The notes below the pieces were generated by a model. That model made no database searches and had not been told where the DNA came from. It was given only the letters and a program-made list of their open reading frames with translations. Made by a program: the position numbers and the translations under genes. Below, one piece after another: positions 1 to 9,139 of a DNA stretch of 31,137 nt (position 1 is the first letter of the stretch; each line of letters begins with the position of its first letter). Source of the stretch: Rhodoferax sp. (lineage in GTDB: Bacteria > Pseudomonadota > Gammaproteobacteria > Burkholderiales > Burkholderiaceae_C); assembly GCA_031416195.1 (NCBI GenBank), contig JANOTE010000139.1, positions 1-31,137 on the forward strand, written 5' to 3'.

Positions 1-1998
1 TGCCTGTCGTCAGGACGGGGCGGTGCAGACGAGCTTTCCCGCTGCGCGACCACCATGATGGAGCGCGCAGTTGCGCAAGGGCATCTCACACAGGCTCAGG
101 TCGATGCATGCCGGGCCCAGGAGCAGGTGCGCCAGCAGGGCCGGGCAACAGAGTTTGCGGCATGGGCGCGGTGCGGCTTGCGCGATGCTGTGCAGGCGAG
201 TATCGATAGTCCGAAGCCACAGACCAACGCCCAAGGCAGGCCTGCTGGTGTACCTCCCAACTCGGCCCTGCCTGCTGCGCCATTGCCCCAGCCCGCGCAG
301 CAGACAACCGCCAGGGCCGAAACGCCTGCCACTGCAAGCGTTGCCACGTCCGGCGAGCCAAGTCGCCTCAAAACCGAAGGTACCTACCTGGACTGGTATC
401 AATCCGCCGCCGTCAATTGCAAAACAGACAGCCCAAATGGCCGGTCGGCTTGCGCCCAAATTTTGATTGATCGCGCTTTGTCCGAGCGCCGCCTACGGCA
501 AACCGACTTGAGTACCTGCGGGCTGGCAGTGGCCCCGCCTGTGACGCTCAGCGGGCGCTCAGCGCAGATTGAAGAGATCAAGCGTCAGGCTGCCGCCGGT
601 AAGGCGGCGGCGATCGGTGATGCCGCCGCTCGTGACTGGGAAGGCGTGGGCTCCTCCTGCAACTTGGCGGCCCTGGTGAAGAGCACTTTTGCTGCGGTGG
701 CACCACCGGCCACAGTGCGCCTTGGCGGTCCATTGCGCGATCATGAGAACCTTGCGCCAGAGAAGTTTGAAGCCCATTGGTTTACCCAGATCATGCGCGT
801 CTGCACTGGGGAAGGCCAGCGCGACCGGCCCCGTGACTTCTGCGCACGCAGGACGCTTGAACTTGGCGTCAGCCACAACCGGCTGTCAAGCGCAGCGCTG
901 GATGCGTGCCGCACGGCCGCAAGCCCAGGCGGCGAGCCCGACTACCTCACGGTCTATGCCTGTATCGAGCGCGCCGGCTTGATTGAGACCGCCAAAGGCT
1001 CAACCATCGTGAAAGCAACACCGCCGCGCGGGCGTGCAACGGAAACGCCGCCGGGGCTCAAGCGGCCGGACATCATTGCCGCGCTACAGGCCGGCGACTG
1101 GGCTCACCTGCCCCTGCGCGAGGCGAGCGACGGTAACTATTATCTCAACGCCTTCGTCGAACTGGGCAGTGCCTGCCCCAGCGCGGAACACGAAATCGCA
1201 GCCATGCGCGTGGCCGCAGCTCAAGTCGCCAACACCCGGCTGGCACTTGACCGGGTCGCAAGCGGCAGCGGTGACAAGCACGATCTGGGCAAGCTGCTTG
1301 TGTTCGCTGGCAAGATACTGGCACCACCACCGGACAACTGTGACAAGCACTTGCGCAGCCCCTCCTTGCATCAAATGTGCATGAACGAGCGTGATGCCTT
1401 CTTTTCGCCACCGCCCTCACCAGAGGCTGTGCATGATATGGCGTTGATCGTTCGTCGGCAGGGTTGCACGACGCCGGCCCTACGCGGCCTCGCGACCAAA
1501 CTGGCCAACGCATTGACTCTGCCTTCGCACAGTTTCGGCTCTATGAACTGGGCCAAAGGCACGGCACGGGCTGCCGAATACGAGGGCATCTTCGACAACT
1601 GCCGGCGTCAGGCCGGGGATGGCGCTGCCGACGGCTGGTGTGCCTGCTACACCCGCAACTACAGCGCTGTTTCGACGGGCGGCACCCGAACACCTGCCGA
1701 GGCCGTCCAGCACGTCAGAAGCAGTGCCTTTTTCGGCAATAACTACTTCAATCCGGGCGATTTGGAACGGTGCGAGCCTGCTCGCAAAGACATAGCCACT
1801 TGGCGCCAGGGGCAAGCCAAAGCTGCGCAGACCAGCGCCTGCCTGCTGTCGCAAGTGCCTCTTGCCGATGCGTTGCAACCGGGTGTCAAGGCCTGCCGCT
1901 ATCGCACGGCGTGGGGTGAAATCGAGCTTCTCCAGACCAACTGCCCGCAAACCTTGCAGACGAATCGGTGGGGCAGCGAACTGGTGACGTGCCAGTAA
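1..1998 (+). CDS. Cys-rich hypothetical protein with three internal helical Cys-repeat modules; 5'-truncated by the window edge
   Basis: Frame +1 is open from base 1 (CLSSGRGGADELSRCATTMM...) to TAA at 1996-1998, so the ORF-track start at 55 is probably internal. About 24 Cys and a repeated C-A-x20-C motif. No recognised family. Confidence 0.75.
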   Translation, partial: CLSSGRGGADELSRCATTMMERAVAQGHLTQAQVDACRAQEQVRQQGRATEFAAWARCGLRDAVQASIDSPKPQTNAQGRPAGVPPNSALPAAPLPQPAQQTTARAETPATASVATSGEPSRLKTEGTYLDWYQSAAVNCKTDSPNGRSACAQILIDRALSERRLRQTDLSTCGLAVAPPVTLSGRSAQIEEIKRQAAAGKAAAIGDAAARDWEGVGSSCNLAALVKSTFAAVAPPATVRLGGPLRDHENLAPEKFEAHWFTQIMRVCTGEGQRDRPRDFCARRTLELGVSHNRLSSAALDACRTAASPGGEPDYLTVYACIERAGLIETAKGSTIVKATPPRGRATETPPGLKRPDIIAALQAGDWAHLPLREASDGNYYLNAFVELGSACPSAEHEIAAMRVAAAQVANTRLALDRVASGSGDKHDLGKLLVFAGKILAPPPDNCDKHLRSPSLHQMCMNERDAFFSPPPSPEAVHDMALIVRRQGCTTPALRGLATKLANALTLPSHSFGSMNWAKGTARAAEYEGIFDNCRRQAGDGAADGWCACYTRNYSAVSTGGTRTPAEAVQHVRSSAFFGNNYFNPGDLERCEPARKDIATWRQGQAKAAQTSACLLSQVPLADALQPGVKACRYRTAWGEIELLQTNCPQTLQTNRWGSELVTCQ

Positions 1999-2063
1999 CG
2001 GCGAGCCAGGTACGCAGGTGAAATGCAATCGGGCGTATCGAATGAAATGGTCACTGAAATGGC

Positions 2064-2954
2064 TTACCGGCTGATGTCCACCAACTCACGCAGCAAATCG
2101 GCCGCACGTGCTGCGTTCGCTCCATCGGTGAAGTAGAACGCAAGGGCCCCAGAGGTTGAGACTTCGGCATCATCGCTGCTTCCGACCTTACATTGGCTGG
2201 TTGCCTTGTCGCAGCGAGCCAGCACCCACGAGCATTGCCGCGATTCCCGGCGCTGTAATTCGATGTCTCCAATCCTGCTCAGTGGCGCGAATTCCTCGGT
2301 TTCTCGCCACTGTTTGATTGATGCGTCGCCCACCTGGCTCCTCAATCTGGCGACACCATTGACATCCACCTCCAAAGCGGGACCATCTGCTGCGGTATTG
2401 CGTAAAGACAAGGTGAGCCCAATGATTACCCTCTCACATGAATATTTGCCGATCAACGCATTCAGCGCACCTGCGAGCTTGATAACCCGCGCGTCCTCTG
2501 ACGGCACGCCGCTCCACGATTGCTCGTAATGCACCAAAGTCTGTGCGCTGGCGTCGCGGACGAACTGGTCACCCTTGCGCGGCAACTCCGAGGCGTTAAC
2601 TTCGCCGGATGCGCCGCTCTTTAAAGCGACTCGCACTCCATCTGGACGGGTCACAACGACTTGGCCGTTGGGCAGGCGCCACCCAAGAATATCAGGATGG
2701 GCACCCTCAAGCCGAGCGATTCCGGCTCTCGTGTTGCGCAGATCTTTGAGCCCCTGGTCTCGTTTGCTTTGCCACTCTATCCGCTGCTGCGTTGATCCGC
2801 CCGTGGCCAACATTTCATCGAGCAAAGGAATAAGTTCGAGTAATTTTTTCTCGATGGAGCGATCAGCTGCCAGTAGCCCACGTTCTTTCCAATAGGCTTT
2901 TCGGGCAGCCAACAGCGTCACATGGCGGCGTTGGATCAGAACGGCACGCTCCAT
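2064..2954 (-). CDS. Hypothetical protein; possibly the C-terminal part of the Sel1 lipoprotein gene, separated by a frameshift
   Basis: 296-codon ORF with protein-like composition. It overlaps the upstream same-strand ORF by 92 nt and has no clear Shine-Dalgarno before ATG 2954. Confidence 0.55.
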   Translation of the reverse strand: MERAVLIQRRHVTLLAARKAYWKERGLLAADRSIEKKLLELIPLLDEMLATGGSTQQRIEWQSKRDQGLKDLRNTRAGIARLEGAHPDILGWRLPNGQVVVTRPDGVRVALKSGASGEVNASELPRKGDQFVRDASAQTLVHYEQSWSGVPSEDARVIKLAGALNALIGKYSCERVIIGLTLSLRNTAADGPALEVDVNGVARLRSQVGDASIKQWRETEEFAPLSRIGDIELQRRESRQCSWVLARCDKATSQCKVGSSDDAEVSTSGALAFYFTDGANAARAADLLRELVDISR

Positions 2955-4500
2955 ACTCAGTTGTGCCCCGCGCGTTTTGATCTGTCAATGCTGCCGTCTC
3001 GCGCTCCAAAAGCCGCTTCTGTTGTTCAACGAGGTTTTCCAGACCCGTTGGTTGTGAATCTGGCTGCTTGGCGGTGACGGACGGTGCTGCGAGCTTTTCC
3101 AGCGCGTCACGCGCTTCAGTAACACCGGCTGCGACGGCTTGCTTCAGCCATTGCATACCCTGCTCGCGACTAGCGGCAACGCCAACGCCTTCAACCAGCC
3201 TCGCCCCTGTCTGCCATTGTCCAAACCCGCTGCCAAGCTGCGCTGCCTTGAGAAACAATTCAGTCGCTTTTACCTGATCGACATGCCCGCCACGGCCAAG
3301 GGCGTACATCCAGGCGCGCAGTGCAGTGCCGTGGGGATGCGACGCGCCAACGGCACGATCAAGCAGTACTGCGGCGCGTTTGTCGTCTTTCGCGACCCCC
3401 ATGCCATCGAGCATCATGTCGGCTAGCTGAACGATTGCCGCTGTGCTGTTTTCACCTGCACCGCGTTCGAACCACTGAGCGGCGCGTCCGGCGTCCTTGG
3501 GTACGCCTTCCCCTCGCAGATAGGCGAACCCCAGATTGGTGAAGGCTGCGCCGTCGCCGGCCTTGGCCGCCAGTTCATAAAGGATGAGTGCGCGGGTATG
3601 GTTCACAGGTTCGTCGATGCCTTGCAAAGCCATCACTCCGAGCAAAGTGTTGGCTCTTGCCACACCCAGCGCCACGGCCTGGTTTGCCAATTCGCGCGCC
3701 ATTCGAGTGTCGAGCGGCATGCCCCAGCCTTGGTACGCAGCGCGGGCGTAGGCATAAGTACCCAGGCCAATCCCTTCTGAATGCAACACACGGAAGTAGT
3801 TGAGCATGCGTTGGGCTCGCACTGGATCGGCGGCGTCCCTCGCATCGAGCGCAGCGAACTGCGGCGCCTTTTCCTGCATGGCGCGATTGCGGATGTCAGC
3901 CGGAACGGAATCGGTAGCCGTGAGCCGAATGGTGCTCAGACCGGGCAAATTGGCAACCGCGCGCAGAAAACCTGGCAATTGCTGCGTTGTGATACCACTG
4001 AGGGTGAGCCGTGACCCTCCCAATAATTTCAGGACTTCCGTACCGGCAGCGGGCCCCCGCCGCGCGATCTGGGCCTGAAATTTAGAGACGTCAGCGACTT
4101 CCATGTGATTGGCCCCGAAGCGCACCAATTTAACGCCCTGAAGCTGCAAACGGGTATCGCGCCAAAGCAGCATGTGCCACGCGCCATCCAGCGGCACAAA
4201 AGTAGCGTGTTGCGCCTGGAAATCCGCGTCGTTTCCGTCTTGCACAAATTGCTCCATGGCGTATTGGTTCGCATCGACGCGCACGAAGCGGATATAGAGC
4301 AGCGGGTCCTTTTGCGTATTGCTGCCCATTTGGTAAGTGCGCAAGCTTGGCACTGGCTCCGTCGCGCCGGCATCGCTTGCTCGAAACTCGGGCAGAAGGT
4401 TGAACCCATCCAACATGCAGCCCGCAAGCAACAGCGAGATGGAACAGGCCGCCGCTGCCCGCACTAAACCATAGAAGCCCAACCGCGAGAATTGCGTCAT
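2863..4500 (-). CDS. Sel1-like repeat (SLR/TPR) lipoprotein
   Basis: N-terminal lipobox SLLLAG-C. About six 36-aa Sel1 repeats, e.g. AFTNLGFAYLRGEGVPKDAGRAAQWFERGA and AIVQLADMMLDGMGVAKDDKRAAVLLDRAV. SD-like AGGAG upstream of ATG 4500. Confidence 0.85.
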   Translation of the reverse strand: MTQFSRLGFYGLVRAAAACSISLLLAGCMLDGFNLLPEFRASDAGATEPVPSLRTYQMGSNTQKDPLLYIRFVRVDANQYAMEQFVQDGNDADFQAQHATFVPLDGAWHMLLWRDTRLQLQGVKLVRFGANHMEVADVSKFQAQIARRGPAAGTEVLKLLGGSRLTLSGITTQQLPGFLRAVANLPGLSTIRLTATDSVPADIRNRAMQEKAPQFAALDARDAADPVRAQRMLNYFRVLHSEGIGLGTYAYARAAYQGWGMPLDTRMARELANQAVALGVARANTLLGVMALQGIDEPVNHTRALILYELAAKAGDGAAFTNLGFAYLRGEGVPKDAGRAAQWFERGAGENSTAAIVQLADMMLDGMGVAKDDKRAAVLLDRAVGASHPHGTALRAWMYALGRGGHVDQVKATELFLKAAQLGSGFGQWQTGARLVEGVGVAASREQGMQWLKQAVAAGVTEARDALEKLAAPSVTAKQPDSQPTGLENLVEQQKRLLERETAALTDQNARGTTEYGACRSDPTPPCDAVGCPKSLLERTWATGS

Positions 4501-4578
4501 ACCTGCTCCTTAACGTTACGTGCCACCATTGCCTTAGTGGCCTATACATGGCGACCCAAGCCCGACCACAACCTGTTG

Positions 4579-4767
4579 CTACAGGTCATGATACGCGTGG
4601 GCTTTGTTTTCATAAACCGTGCTCACCACGATGTCGTTGAACCGCTTGTCTGTGCCGTCTTACAGGCCTCACTGCAGCGGACTGCGCTGACCGCCCCACG
4701 CAACACCTGCCCCGAGCGCGATGGCAATCAGGATGGCGCTGCCAGACGAGAGATTTCTGTTTTTCAC
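4579..4767 (-). pseudogene. Possible remnant of a membrane-protein gene (DUF1295/steroid-reductase-like, tentative)
   Basis: One frame from GTG 4767 reads MKNRNLSSGSAILIAIALGAGVAWGGQRSPLQ*GL*DGTDKRFNDIVVSTVYENKAHAYHDL*. The hydrophobic N-terminus and the D-x-R-F-x-D-I motif recall DUF1295 proteins, from memory only. Confidence 0.25.
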
Positions 4768-4815
4768 GCTGCGCCACTATGACGTTAGCATTGCCCGTAA
4801 TTTGCTTCATCCATC

Positions 4816-5664
4816 ATGCTTACCCCTGATCAAAACAGCTTCTACCGCGAAAACGGCTATCTGCTGTTGCCGCAATTCAAGGCGGCTGAAGAGATCGCAG
4901 CGCTGCGCCAATGGGCAACCGGCATCGTCGAGGCGTTTGACGCGAGCGGCATCAAATCCATCTTCACGACGAAAGAGCAAACGCGCCAGGTTGACGATTA
5001 CTTCATGGCTTCAGCATCCAACGTGAGCTGTTTTTTTGAGGAAGAAGCGTTTGATACAGCAGGCCTGCTCAAACAGCCCAAAGCCCAATCGATCAACAAA
5101 ATCGGCCACGCGATGCATGACCTGGATCCGCTGGTCAGCAACTTTTCGCGCGGCCCGCAACTGGCTGCGCTGGCGCAAGACCTGGGGCTGACGCAGCCGC
5201 AGATTTGGCAGTCGATGGTGATCTTCAAGCAGCCTCACATCGGCGGCGAAGTCGGCTGGCACCAGGATGCGACTTTTTTTGAGACCGACCCCATCACCGT
5301 CACCACCTTCTGGTTCGCGCTGGAACATGCCACGCTGCAAAACGGCTGCCTGTGGGTGCAACCCGGCGGGCACCGGGGGCCGCTGCGCGAGCGGTTCGTG
5401 AAAACTTCAGGCAACCGCGCCGCGATGGAATGCATCAACACCACCGCGTGGCCAACGCAATCCAGCGCCATCCCCCTGGAGGTTAAGGCAGGCGACCTGA
5501 TCCTGCTGCACGGCCTGCTGCCGCACTACAGCGCCCCCAACCGCTCTGCCACCTCGCGCATGGCGTTTACGCTGCATGTGACGGATGCCAGCTCGACCTA
5601 TTCGCCCCGAAATTGGTTGCAGCGCGGGATTGATCTGCCGGTGAGGGGATTTATAACGCTATAA
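4816..5664 (+). CDS. Phytanoyl-CoA dioxygenase (PhyH) family Fe(II)/2-oxoglutarate dioxygenase, PHYHD1-like
   Basis: HQD iron motif (VGWHQDATFF), distal His (LLPHYSAPN) and 2OG-binding Arg (SRMAFTLH); INKIGHAMHD segment typical of the family. Confidence 0.9.
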   Translation: MLTPDQNSFYRENGYLLLPQFKAAEEIAALRQWATGIVEAFDASGIKSIFTTKEQTRQVDDYFMASASNVSCFFEEEAFDTAGLLKQPKAQSINKIGHAMHDLDPLVSNFSRGPQLAALAQDLGLTQPQIWQSMVIFKQPHIGGEVGWHQDATFFETDPITVTTFWFALEHATLQNGCLWVQPGGHRGPLRERFVKTSGNRAAMECINTTAWPTQSSAIPLEVKAGDLILLHGLLPHYSAPNRSATSRMAFTLHVTDASSTYSPRNWLQRGIDLPVRGFITL

Positions 5665-5779
5665 TATGTATATCTGCTTGTGCATATTACGCGGGAGCTA
5701 AGTCCATATTTAGTTCATCATATGGGAAAAAAATCGGTTTGAGGCATGATTTAGACCGATTATTACTACAATTGTAGCA
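5658..5779. repeat. Dispersed AT-rich intergenic element, copy A
   Basis: GCTAT-N7-ATATCT-N5-TGCA-N11-AGCTA (5658-5700), then AAAATCGGTTTGAGGCATGATTT, then the near-palindrome TACTACAATTGTAGCA (5764-5779). Same layout as copy B at 18104-18235. Confidence 0.6.
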
Positions 5780-5792
5780 AATCAAGGCATCA

Positions 5793-6215
5793 TCAAACCA
5801 GTACGCCACCCGTGTGCAAATAGGCGTTTTGCAGATCAGCATCCAAAGTCGCCAGCGGCAGGCCTTCGCGCAAAGCCAGCTCAAGGTAGGCCGCATCGTA
5901 AGACGAGAGTCCAAAGCGCCGCGCCAGTTGCAGTGTGTCGCCCAGCGCCTGGGCGGCGGTTTTGGTGTCGATGGCAATGGCCATGTCGTTTAACAGGCCG
6001 ATGAAGGCCGCTGCGCGCGCCTCGGTAAGCAAACCCTTGGCTTGTGCTTTGGCGATCACGTTGGCAACTTCCAATGGCCAGATATTCGGCACTACGGCGT
6101 GGTTGGCATCGTCGGCGAGCAAATTCAAAACCCTCTGGGCATAAAGAAGGCGCTCCGCGCTGCCATCTTGCAGCAACCAGCGCATCACCACTGAATTGTC
6201 CAGAACAAACCGCAT
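5793..6215 (-). CDS. vapC: PIN-domain (VapC-family) type II toxin
   Basis: MRFVLDNSVV (first acidic residue), WPLEVANV and LSSYDAAYLELALREGLPLATLDADL are hallmark PIN motifs. Start placed at ATG 6215, downstream of the antitoxin stop. Confidence 0.9.
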   Translation of the reverse strand: MRFVLDNSVVMRWLLQDGSAERLLYAQRVLNLLADDANHAVVPNIWPLEVANVIAKAQAKGLLTEARAAAFIGLLNDMAIAIDTKTAAQALGDTLQLARRFGLSSYDAAYLELALREGLPLATLDADLQNAYLHTGGVLV

Positions 6216-6228
6216 GGCGCGCGCCGAA

Positions 6229-6477
6229 TCAATCGCGGCCAGACTCAATCAGTGCCTTCACATTGATGGATGGATTGACACTGGCCTCGCGCATGAAGGC
6301 GTGCATGCGCTTTGCCGCATGCGCGCCCATGCGCCGCTCGCTGGTTCCGGCAGGCACGAGGTCGGCGACGGGCTCGCCGCGCTGGGTGATGGTGAAACCC
6401 TGTCCCATGCGCACCCGGCGCAGCAGGTCGGCCAGATGCGTTTTGGTTTCGTACGAGCCGATGGACTGAAGTTGCAT
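6229..6477 (-). CDS. Phd/YefM-family antitoxin
   Basis: MQLQSIGSYETKTHLADLLRRVRMGQGFTITQRGEPVADLVP matches the Phd/YefM N-terminal pattern. It lies directly upstream of the PIN gene; GGAG precedes ATG 6477. Confidence 0.9.
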   Translation of the reverse strand: MQLQSIGSYETKTHLADLLRRVRMGQGFTITQRGEPVADLVPAGTSERRMGAHAAKRMHAFMREASVNPSINVKALIESGRD

Positions 6478-6501
6478 GCAAGTTGCTCCGATCTGCGGGA
6501 A

Positions 6502-6538
6502 TAGACCAGATTGTAGACCAGTGATCAAACCCTGTCAG
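6502..6538 (-). promoter_or_regulatory. sigma70 promoter of the TA operon with 8-bp direct repeats (candidate operator)
   Basis: Minus strand CTGACA (6538-6533)-N17-TACAAT (6515-6510). CTGGTCTA occurs twice (6514-6521 and 6502-6509), flanking and overlapping the -10 box. Confidence 0.6.
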
Positions 6539-6639
6539 TTCAGCACTGGCCATGGAGGGTTTTACGCAGTGTCCTGCGACGAACCCCAGCCTACAATCGC
6601 GCTCCACCATCATGGCTGGATGATCAGCCGGAGACAAAA

Positions 6640-8973
6640 ATGCCTCAAACCGCCGCGAAAAACGAGAACAAGCAAACCGACCTGCGTCGCGCTGCGCTCG
6701 AATACCACGAGTTTCCCACGCCCGGCAAAATCGCCATTGCGGCGACCAAGCAGTTGGTCAATCAGCATGACCTGGCGCTGGCTTATTCGCCCGGCGTTGC
6801 CGCCCCGTGCGAAGAAATCGTCAAAGACCCGAACAACGCCTTCAAAGACACCGCACGCGGCAACCTGGTGGCGGTCATCACCAATGGCACGGCGGTGCTG
6901 GGCCTGGGCAACATTGGACCGCTGGCTGCCAAGCCGGTGATGGAGGGCAAGGCGGTTCTGTTCAAGAAATTCGCGGGCATTGATGTGTTTGACCTGGAGA
7001 TCAATGAGCGCGATGATCTGGACAAGCTGGTGGACATCATCGCTTCGCTGGAGCCGACGTTTGGCGGCATTAACCTCGAAGACATCAAGGCGCCAGACTG
7101 CTTTTATGTGGAGCGCCAACTGCGCGCGCGCATGAAGATCCCGGTTTTTCATGACGACCAGCATGGCACCGCCATCGTGGTGGGTGCGGCCATCTTGAAC
7201 GGCATGAAGGTGGTGGGCAAGGACTTGAAAAGCGTCAAATTGGTGACGTCGGGCGCAGGTGCTGCGGCCCTGGCCTGCCTGGGGCTGCTGGTCAAAATCG
7301 GCATTCCGCGTGAAAACATTTTCGTAACCGATTTGGCGGGCGTGGTCTACGAAGGCCGTACCGAGCTGATGGATGAAGACAAGATCGTCTTCGCGCAAAA
7401 AACGTCGGCCCGCACATTGAGCGAGGTAATTGAAGGCGCCGACATCTTCCTGGGCCTGTCAGCCGGCGGCGTGCTGAAGAAAGACATGGTCGCGAAGATG
7501 GCGCCGCGTCCGTTGATCCTCGCGCTAGCCAACCCTAACCCTGAGATCACGCCCGAAGATGTGAAAGCGGTGCGCAGCGATGCAATCATGGCCACCGGTC
7601 GCACCGACTACCCGAACCAGGTCAACAACGTTTTGTGCTTTCCGTACATCTTTCGCGGCGCGCTGGATGCCGGGGCATCGACCATCACGGTCGAGATGGA
7701 AATTGCCGCTGTGTACGCGATTGCCGAATTGGCGCAGGCCGAGCAAAGCGAAGTGGTGGCCGCTGCCTACGTCGGCGAGGCGCTGCAATTTGGACCGGAG
7801 TATTTGATCCCCAAGCCGTTTGATCCGCGCTTGATGATGAAGATTGCACCTGCCGTGGCCAAAGCCGCAGCCGACAGCGGTGTCGCACTGCGTCCCATTG
7901 CAGACATGGATGCGTACGTCGAGCGGTTGCAAAGTTTCGTCTACGCCTCGGGCACGACGATGAAGCCGATCTTCAATGCCGCCAAGAAAGCGTTGAAGAA
8001 GCGCGTGGCCTATGCGGAAGGGGAAGACGAGCGCATCTTGCGTGCAGCGCAAATTGTGGTGGACGAAGGCCTGGCCCGGCCCACGCTGATCGGCCGGCCC
8101 GCCATCATTGCGCAGCGCATCGAGAAGTTTGGCCTGCGCCTAAAAGAAGCGCTGGACTATGACGTCGTCAACGTTGAGCAAGACCACCGCTACCGCGACT
8201 TCTGGCAAACCTACCACCGCATGACCGAGCGCAAAGGCGTAACCGTACAGGTCGCCAAGATTGAAATGCGCCGTCGCTTGACCCTGATTGGTGCCATGCT
8301 GCTGCACAAAGGCGATGTGGATGGACTGATTTGCGGCACCTGGGGCACGACCGCGATACATCTGCACTACATCGACCAAGTCATTGGCAAGCGCGCCGGT
8401 GGCAGCCCCAGCACCGAGCAGGACGTTCGCGTCTATGCCTGCATGAACGGCTTGATGCTGCCAGATCGCCAGATTTTCCTGGTTGACACCCACGTCAACT
8501 ACGACCCGACGGCACAAGAGCTGGCTGAAATCACGGTCATGGCGGCCGAAGAAATGAAGCGTTTTGGTCTACATCCGAAGGCGGCGCTGCTCAGTCATTC
8601 CAACTTTGGCTCAAGCAACCTGCCCAGTGCAGTGAAGATGCGCCGCACGCTGGAGATTCTGCGCGTCGAGGCGCCATGGCTGGAGGTCGACGGTGAGATG
8701 CATGGTGACGTGGCGCTGGACAGTGCTGCCCGTAAGATTCTCATGCCCAATAGCAGCCTGGAAGGTAATGCCAACCTGTTGGTGCTGCCCAACATCGATG
8801 CCGCCAATATCGCCTACAACCTGCTGAAAACCGCAGCCGGCGGCAATATTGCGATCGGCCCGGTGTTGCTCGGAGCCGCAAAACCGGTGCACATCTTGAC
8901 TGCCAGCACCACCGTGCGGCGCGTTGTGAATATGACAGCACTCACCGTAGCTGACGCAAACGCCAGCCGCTAG
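6640..8973 (+). CDS. maeB: NADP-dependent malic enzyme with C-terminal phosphotransacetylase-like domain
   Basis: Motifs [59 protein letters not shown], followed by a PTA-like domain ([22 protein letters not shown]); 777 aa. Confidence 0.97.
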   Translation: MPQTAAKNENKQTDLRRAALEYHEFPTPGKIAIAATKQLVNQHDLALAYSPGVAAPCEEIVKDPNNAFKDTARGNLVAVITNGTAVLGLGNIGPLAAKPVMEGKAVLFKKFAGIDVFDLEINERDDLDKLVDIIASLEPTFGGINLEDIKAPDCFYVERQLRARMKIPVFHDDQHGTAIVVGAAILNGMKVVGKDLKSVKLVTSGAGAAALACLGLLVKIGIPRENIFVTDLAGVVYEGRTELMDEDKIVFAQKTSARTLSEVIEGADIFLGLSAGGVLKKDMVAKMAPRPLILALANPNPEITPEDVKAVRSDAIMATGRTDYPNQVNNVLCFPYIFRGALDAGASTITVEMEIAAVYAIAELAQAEQSEVVAAAYVGEALQFGPEYLIPKPFDPRLMMKIAPAVAKAAADSGVALRPIADMDAYVERLQSFVYASGTTMKPIFNAAKKALKKRVAYAEGEDERILRAAQIVVDEGLARPTLIGRPAIIAQRIEKFGLRLKEALDYDVVNVEQDHRYRDFWQTYHRMTERKGVTVQVAKIEMRRRLTLIGAMLLHKGDVDGLICGTWGTTAIHLHYIDQVIGKRAGGSPSTEQDVRVYACMNGLMLPDRQIFLVDTHVNYDPTAQELAEITVMAAEEMKRFGLHPKAALLSHSNFGSSNLPSAVKMRRTLEILRVEAPWLEVDGEMHGDVALDSAARKILMPNSSLEGNANLLVLPNIDAANIAYNLLKTAAGGNIAIGPVLLGAAKPVHILTASTTVRRVVNMTALTVADANASR

Positions 8974-9034
8974 CTCCTTTTTGTGTAACCAAAATAAGAA
9001 GCTGGTGCTAACTTACTGACGCAATCCCACCCAG

Positions 9035-9057
9035 GCCTGCTTATTTTTTGAGCAGGC
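9035..9057 (+). terminator. Possible weak terminator hairpin after maeB
   Basis: GCCTGCT-N9-AGCAGGC 7-bp stem. The T-run is about 7 nt downstream rather than adjacent, so this call is uncertain. Confidence 0.3.
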
Positions 9058-9059
9058 AC

Positions 9060-9119
9060 TTGCGTTTTTTACCCAAATGCGCGACACTAGACGGGTTAAG
9101 AGTTTCGGGTTAACCCGAA
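9060..9119 (+). promoter_or_regulatory. Candidate sigma70 promoter plus perfect 16-bp palindrome upstream of the ribonuclease gene
   Basis: TTGCGT (9060-9065)-N17-GACACT (9083-9088). Perfect palindrome TTCGGGTTAACCCGAA at 9104-9119 and an extra half-site CGGGTTAA at 9092-9099. Confidence 0.45.
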
Positions 9120-9139
9120 CCCTTCTTTCAGGTTAATAA

